32,000 nucleotides of DNA from assembly GCF_000260965.1 (NCBI RefSeq), contig NC_017856.1, positions 450,001-482,000 on the forward strand. The letters run 5' to 3'. Shown here piece after piece: positions 28,418 through 32,000 of the stretch (its first letter is position 1; every line of letters starts with the position of its first letter). The DNA is from Methylophaga frappieri. GTDB taxonomy: Bacteria; Pseudomonadota; Gammaproteobacteria; Nitrosococcales; Methylophagaceae. The notes beneath the pieces were generated by a model that worked only from the letters and a program-made list of their open reading frames with translations, had not been told where the DNA came from and ran no database searches. The position numbers and the translations under genes are program-made.

Positions 28418-28540
28418 TTAGTGGTTATCCGAATTGTTTTCATCCATATTTTTGATGACTTTATAGGCGATCACACCAATAACTGCTATCGTCAATACAA
28501 CGGATACGATCGCACCAATAACAACTGCATCTGCTGCCAT
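28418..28540 (-). CDS. Unlisted 40-aa single-TM protein downstream of ccoP (candidate small cbb3-associated subunit)
   Basis: Manual translation gives MAADAVVIGAIVSVVLTIAVIGVIAYKVIKNMDENNSDNH. GGAGAG lies 7-8 nt upstream of the ATG. It sits between a hairpin at the ccoP stop and the intrinsic terminator. It is below the ORF-track length cutoff. Confidence 0.45.
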   Translation of the reverse strand: MAADAVVIGAIVSVVLTIAVIGVIAYKVIKNMDENNSDNH

Positions 28541-28562
28541 AATTTTCTCTCCTACACTTTTG

Positions 28563-28588
28563 ATAAGACGCTGCTGACAGCGTCTTAT
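28563..28588 (-). other. Perfect 11-bp stem / 4-nt loop RNA hairpin overlapping the ccoP stop codon
   Basis: The plus strand reads ATAAGACGCTG-CTGA-CAGCGTCTTAT. There is no U-tract on the minus strand, so it is not a canonical terminator. It may be an mRNA stability or processing element between ccoP and the small ORF. Confidence 0.6.
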
Positions 28589-29511
28589 TCACCGCCACCT
28601 AATTGATGAACGTAGACCGCCAGTTTCTTAATATCCGTTTCTGACAATCGTTCTGTTTCTGTGCCGTCATACTCCGGCTCTTCATCCCACTTTTGCGCAT
28701 CTAGCTTAACGGCCAATTTTTCATTCCATCCAGGCATAACGGCAACACGTGTTTCAGGGTTACTTGCATCATTCACACCATGTAGGATGGTATGGCGAAT
28801 TTCGTCAGGTTCTCCCGAGAATCGCCAGATTCGATCTGTCAAATTTGCCGACCCCATTTGTCGCACCCCTTTGGCATCTGCACCATGGCAGGCTACGCAG
28901 CCTTTGCTGTTATAGAGCTGCCAACCGGCTTCTGTGGCCTCACCATTTGAGCTATTAACGACAAACTGAACAAGACCATCCACTTCCTCATCTGTCAACA
29001 TTGCCCGGTGTGCAGGCATCATCCCTTGACGGCCTGAAGCCAATGTTTCCATTATCGTTTCAATGCTACCGCCATATAGCCAATCATCATCAGCCAAAAT
29101 CGGATAGCCGGCCCCTTCGTTCGGAATACCACCTGTTCCATGGCATGCAGCGCAATTATCGCCGTACAAAACTTTACTGGATCCAATGGCATAGTTTCTC
29201 AACTCTTCATCTTCCAGAATTTCTTGTGCAGACATTTCGGCCAATTTGTCTTCGAAGGGTGCGCGACGGGCTTCAACTTTAGCCAGATCTTCTTTGTACT
29301 CTTTAATCATGGTCCAGCCCAATATTCCTTTGGTGCTGTCATTTATCAAAGGCAAAGAGGGATACAAAATAAAATAGACCAGCACCAATAGGCCACTGAG
29401 ATAAAGTGCTATTGACCACCAGCGTGGCGGCGGATTGGTCAGCTCTCGAATACCATCCCACTCATGACCTGTATCCGGACACTCATGCGGATTTTGGTTA
29501 TTATCAGCCAT
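28585..29511 (-). CDS. ccoP: cbb3-type cytochrome c oxidase subunit III (diheme cytochrome c) CcoP
   Basis: MADNNQNPHECPDTGHEWDGIRELTNPPPRWW is the conserved CcoP N-terminus and is followed by a TM helix. Two heme-binding sites are present (CAACHG and CVACHG). The ATG at 29511 overlaps the ccoQ stop. Confidence 0.9.
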   Translation of the reverse strand: MADNNQNPHECPDTGHEWDGIRELTNPPPRWWSIALYLSGLLVLVYFILYPSLPLINDSTKGILGWTMIKEYKEDLAKVEARRAPFEDKLAEMSAQEILEDEELRNYAIGSSKVLYGDNCAACHGTGGIPNEGAGYPILADDDWLYGGSIETIMETLASGRQGMMPAHRAMLTDEEVDGLVQFVVNSSNGEATEAGWQLYNSKGCVACHGADAKGVRQMGSANLTDRIWRFSGEPDEIRHTILHGVNDASNPETRVAVMPGWNEKLAVKLDAQKWDEEPEYDGTETERLSETDIKKLAVYVHQLGGGE

Positions 29512-29674
29512 TTTTACTCTCCGAATTTCTCTCGCCGTCCTCGTCAAACAACATATTGCGATGCGACTCGATTTTTTCTTTATTTTTCGGGCGCAGAACC
29601 CAGATATACAACCCCAGCATCAATAGAAAGATGATGACTGTCAGAATAGTACCGATCCAGTCATTTACCGTCAT
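29504..29674 (-). CDS. ccoQ: cbb3-type cytochrome c oxidase subunit CcoQ
   Basis: A small single-TM protein (MTVNDWIGTILTVIIFLLMLGLYIWVLRPKNK...) between ccoO and ccoP. The start is uncertain: the ATG at 29674 gives 56 aa and the GTG at 29716 gives 70 aa. The ORF-track TTG at 29737 overlaps ccoO. Confidence 0.7.
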   Translation of the reverse strand: MTVNDWIGTILTVIIFLLMLGLYIWVLRPKNKEKIESHRNMLFDEDGERNSESKNG

Positions 29675-29708
29675 TGCATGCCAGTTGGTCTCAAAGTAAG
29701 ATAAAATC

Positions 29709-30386
29709 TCACTCACGGTAATCTCTGCCCGGTTCAAACTTCACCATGGTGCCAAGGACTTGAAGATAAGCAACCAACGCTTCCATCTCAGTTTTATCCT
29801 CAACAGACTCAGCGGCACCCAAAATATCTTCATCAGAATAAGGCACACCCAAGACGCGCATTGCTCGAACCCGTTTTTCAACATCATCAGGATTCACCAA
29901 CGCATCATCTAACCAAGGATAATTCGGCATGATTGATTCAGGCACGACACTACGCGGGTTGCGTAAATGTTGAATGTGCCAGGCATCAGAATATTTCCCG
30001 CCAACCCGAGCTAAATCAGGTCCAGTCCGTTTTGAGCCCCACTGGAAAGGATGGTCATACTTGGACTCTACCGCGAGTGAGTAATGACCGTAGCGATCTT
30101 TCTCGTCTCGGAATGGTCGCACCATTTGCGAATGGCACAAATAGCAGCCTTCTCGCTGATAGATATCACGGCCAGCCAATTCCAAAGCGGTATAAGGTCG
30201 AACACCTTTTAACTCTTCATACTCTGGAAACACATCATCCTCAAATGTAGTATCCAGATAAAACAACGGCACAATCTCAACAATGCCGCCGACAGACACA
30301 ACTAGGGCTGTAGCCAAGACCAGCCCCCAGACATTTTGTTCAACCCATTCCTGAAAGCTGACACGTTTATTTAATTTTTTAGCCAT
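29709..30386 (-). CDS. ccoO: cbb3-type cytochrome c oxidase subunit II (monoheme) CcoO
   Basis: An N-terminal TM anchor, the heme site CYLCHSQ, and the conserved [20 protein letters not shown] are present. Confidence 0.95.
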   Translation of the reverse strand: MAKKLNKRVSFQEWVEQNVWGLVLATALVVSVGGIVEIVPLFYLDTTFEDDVFPEYEELKGVRPYTALELAGRDIYQREGCYLCHSQMVRPFRDEKDRYGHYSLAVESKYDHPFQWGSKRTGPDLARVGGKYSDAWHIQHLRNPRSVVPESIMPNYPWLDDALVNPDDVEKRVRAMRVLGVPYSDEDILGAAESVEDKTEMEALVAYLQVLGTMVKFEPGRDYRE

Positions 30387-30396
30387 TCCAGTTCCC

Positions 30397-31821
30397 TCAG
30401 ATATTCGCAGCCGTTGCCATTTCTGCAGACGGTTTTCTAATCGCCTGACGAATGGTCACAGTGACATTGAACAGCATGATCACGGCTCCTGAGAAGAAGA
30501 TGAAACCACCTACAGCACGCATCGCGTAGTAAGGATGCATCTGGGCTACTGATTCAACGAAGGTATAAGCGAGATTGCCGTATTCATCATAAGCACGCCA
30601 CATTAGCCCCTGCATAATACCGGCTACCCACATCGCCGTTATGTACACTGCGGTGCCGATTGTTGCCATCCAAAAATGCAGATTGACAAGACGTACAGAA
30701 TACATGCGTGTGCCCCACATACGCTCCACCATATGGTACAAAGCGCCAATAGAAACCATTGCCACCCAGCCAAGCGCACCAGAATGGACGTGACCAATGG
30801 TCCAGTCGGTGTAATGAGACAGTGCATTGACTGTTTTCGAGGCCATAACAGGCCCTTCGAAAGTAGACATCGCATAGAAAGCCAGTGACACAATCAGAAA
30901 ACGCAAAATATAGTCCGTACGCAATTTATCCCAAGCACCACTCAAGGTGAACATGCCATTCAGGGCGCCGCCCCAGGAAGGGATAATCATTGCCAGCGAA
31001 ATTGCGGCCCCCAATGAGCCAGTCCAGTCCGGTAGTGCGGTGTATTGCAAATGGTGAGCACCCAGCCAGACGTAGCCAAATACCAAGGCCCAGAAGTGAA
31101 TTACAGACAGACGGTAGGAATAGATAGGACGATTCGCTTGTTTCGGAACAAAGTAATACATAATTCCCAAAAAGCCCGCCGTTAACAAGAAGCCTACTGC
31201 GTTATGCCCCCACCACCATTGAATCATGGCATCCTGAACACCAGAGAAAATTGAATAAGATTTCCACATGCTGACTGGAATAGAGAGGTTATTCACCACA
31301 TGCAGGTAGGTGATCATGATCATCATTGCCAGGAAAAACCAGTTGGCAACATAGATATGAGAGTTTTTGCGAATTGACATGGTCATAATGAAATTGAACA
31401 TGTACGCAATCCAGACCGCCGCTAACAAAATATCAAGTGGCCATTCCAACTCCGCATATTCTTTAGATTGGGTGATACCTAATGGCAAGGTAATCAAGGC
31501 ACCTATCCACAACAGGTTTAAACCCCAAAAACTAAACCAGGCAAGTTTATCGCTCCACAGCCTGACACCACAGGTTCTTTGCACCACATAAAACGCTGTT
31601 GCCATCAATGTGCTGCCACAGAAGGCAAAAATAACGGTATTTGTATGCAGAGGTCTTAGCCGACCAAAGGAAATGTATGGATTATCAAAATTAAGCACTG
31701 GCCAAGCCAGTTCAGAGGCTATCCAGACGCCGATACCGGTCCCAATTACCAGATAGACGCAGGCCATATAGGCAAACCACTTGACGATGTCGTAGTTATA
31801 TTGCTGTTGTTCCGCTTGCAT
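30397..31821 (-). CDS. ccoN: cbb3-type cytochrome c oxidase catalytic subunit I CcoN
   Basis: 12-TM heme-copper oxidase fold with conserved His ligands (e.g. [25 protein letters not shown]). The start is taken as the ATG at 31821, with AAGGTG upstream. The GTG at 31830 is the alternative. Confidence 0.96.
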   Translation of the reverse strand: MQAEQQQYNYDIVKWFAYMACVYLVIGTGIGVWIASELAWPVLNFDNPYISFGRLRPLHTNTVIFAFCGSTLMATAFYVVQRTCGVRLWSDKLAWFSFWGLNLLWIGALITLPLGITQSKEYAELEWPLDILLAAVWIAYMFNFIMTMSIRKNSHIYVANWFFLAMMIMITYLHVVNNLSIPVSMWKSYSIFSGVQDAMIQWWWGHNAVGFLLTAGFLGIMYYFVPKQANRPIYSYRLSVIHFWALVFGYVWLGAHHLQYTALPDWTGSLGAAISLAMIIPSWGGALNGMFTLSGAWDKLRTDYILRFLIVSLAFYAMSTFEGPVMASKTVNALSHYTDWTIGHVHSGALGWVAMVSIGALYHMVERMWGTRMYSVRLVNLHFWMATIGTAVYITAMWVAGIMQGLMWRAYDEYGNLAYTFVESVAQMHPYYAMRAVGGFIFFSGAVIMLFNVTVTIRQAIRKPSAEMATAANI

Positions 31822-31921
31822 GGCGATCACACCTTATATTTTTAGATTACTCTCTCGACGCAAGTCGTATGTCCTGAATGGCAACATGCCAACTAATCAG
31901 AGACTATGAAATTTTACATGA

Positions 31922-31964
31922 AAATTACCTGAACGGGTTTCCCCAGAATGCTGATCCATATCAA
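31922..31964 (-). promoter_or_regulatory. Candidate FNR/Anr-dependent (class II) promoter of ccoNOQP
   Basis: CTGATCCATATCAA at 31951-31964 matches 9 of 10 specified positions of the consensus TTGAT-N4-ATCAA. On the minus strand TAATTT (31927-31922) lies about 22-23 nt downstream of the box, the spacing expected for a site centred near -41.5. The box is about 130 nt upstream of the ccoN start. Confidence 0.6.
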
Positions 31965-32000
31965 ATTTTGGTCACATCGCCCATGTAAAGCCAGGTCAAA

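Noticed and set aside
28421-28606. 61-aa plus-strand ORF (MVIRIVFIHIFDDF...CICCHNFL) in the ccoP-ccoG gap.
   Set aside because: It is antisense to the better-supported 40-aa TM ORF and to the 3' end of ccoP. It has no SD, and it would run across the ccoP hairpin.

Overview
This window looks like conserved chromosomal core from a gammaproteobacterium. Its synteny is Pseudomonas-like: algU/rpoE-mucABCD lies divergent from nadB, and pip sits next to dtd. GC content is mid-40s percent by eye. Coding density is very high and many genes are translationally coupled through ATGA, GTGA or TAATG junctions.

Gene content from left to right:
- The rpoE-rseA-rseB-rseC-mucD envelope-stress operon on the minus strand, with mucD truncated by the window edge.
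- nadB, a ygfX-like membrane protein and ygfZ.
- A small zinc-ribbon protein followed by pilS-pilR.
- typA/bipA and suhB.
- An OprI/Lpp-type lipoprotein convergent with a LysM-YkuD L,D-transpeptidase.
- bamD.
- A tight sucC-sucD-nadE-glnB operon.
- A disrupted pip gene, then dtd and a hypothetical anchored protein.
- A large HAMP-PAS-PAS-GGDEF-EAL sensor.
- The complete cbb3 oxidase locus: ccoNOQP, then an unlisted 40-aa ORF, a terminator and ccoGHIS. An FNR/Anr-type box lies upstream of ccoN.

I found no rRNA, tRNA, CRISPR array, transposase, integrase, phage gene or recognisable defence or toxin cassette. I see no convincing evidence for a new multi-gene system, so I treat this as an ordinary housekeeping region.

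The best leads are modest:
- pip carries a tight cluster of frame-breaking lesions.
- The Lpp-like lipoprotein and the L,D-transpeptidase look like a substrate/enzyme pair, and the enzyme appears to carry an extra C-terminal SPOR-like domain.
- An unannotated 40-aa single-TM ORF sits between ccoP and ccoG.
- A c-di-GMP sensor gene is appended to ccoGHIS.
- Several intergenic repeats and inverted repeats sit on candidate promoters.

Every family assignment comes from reading motifs in the translations by eye. No database search was run.
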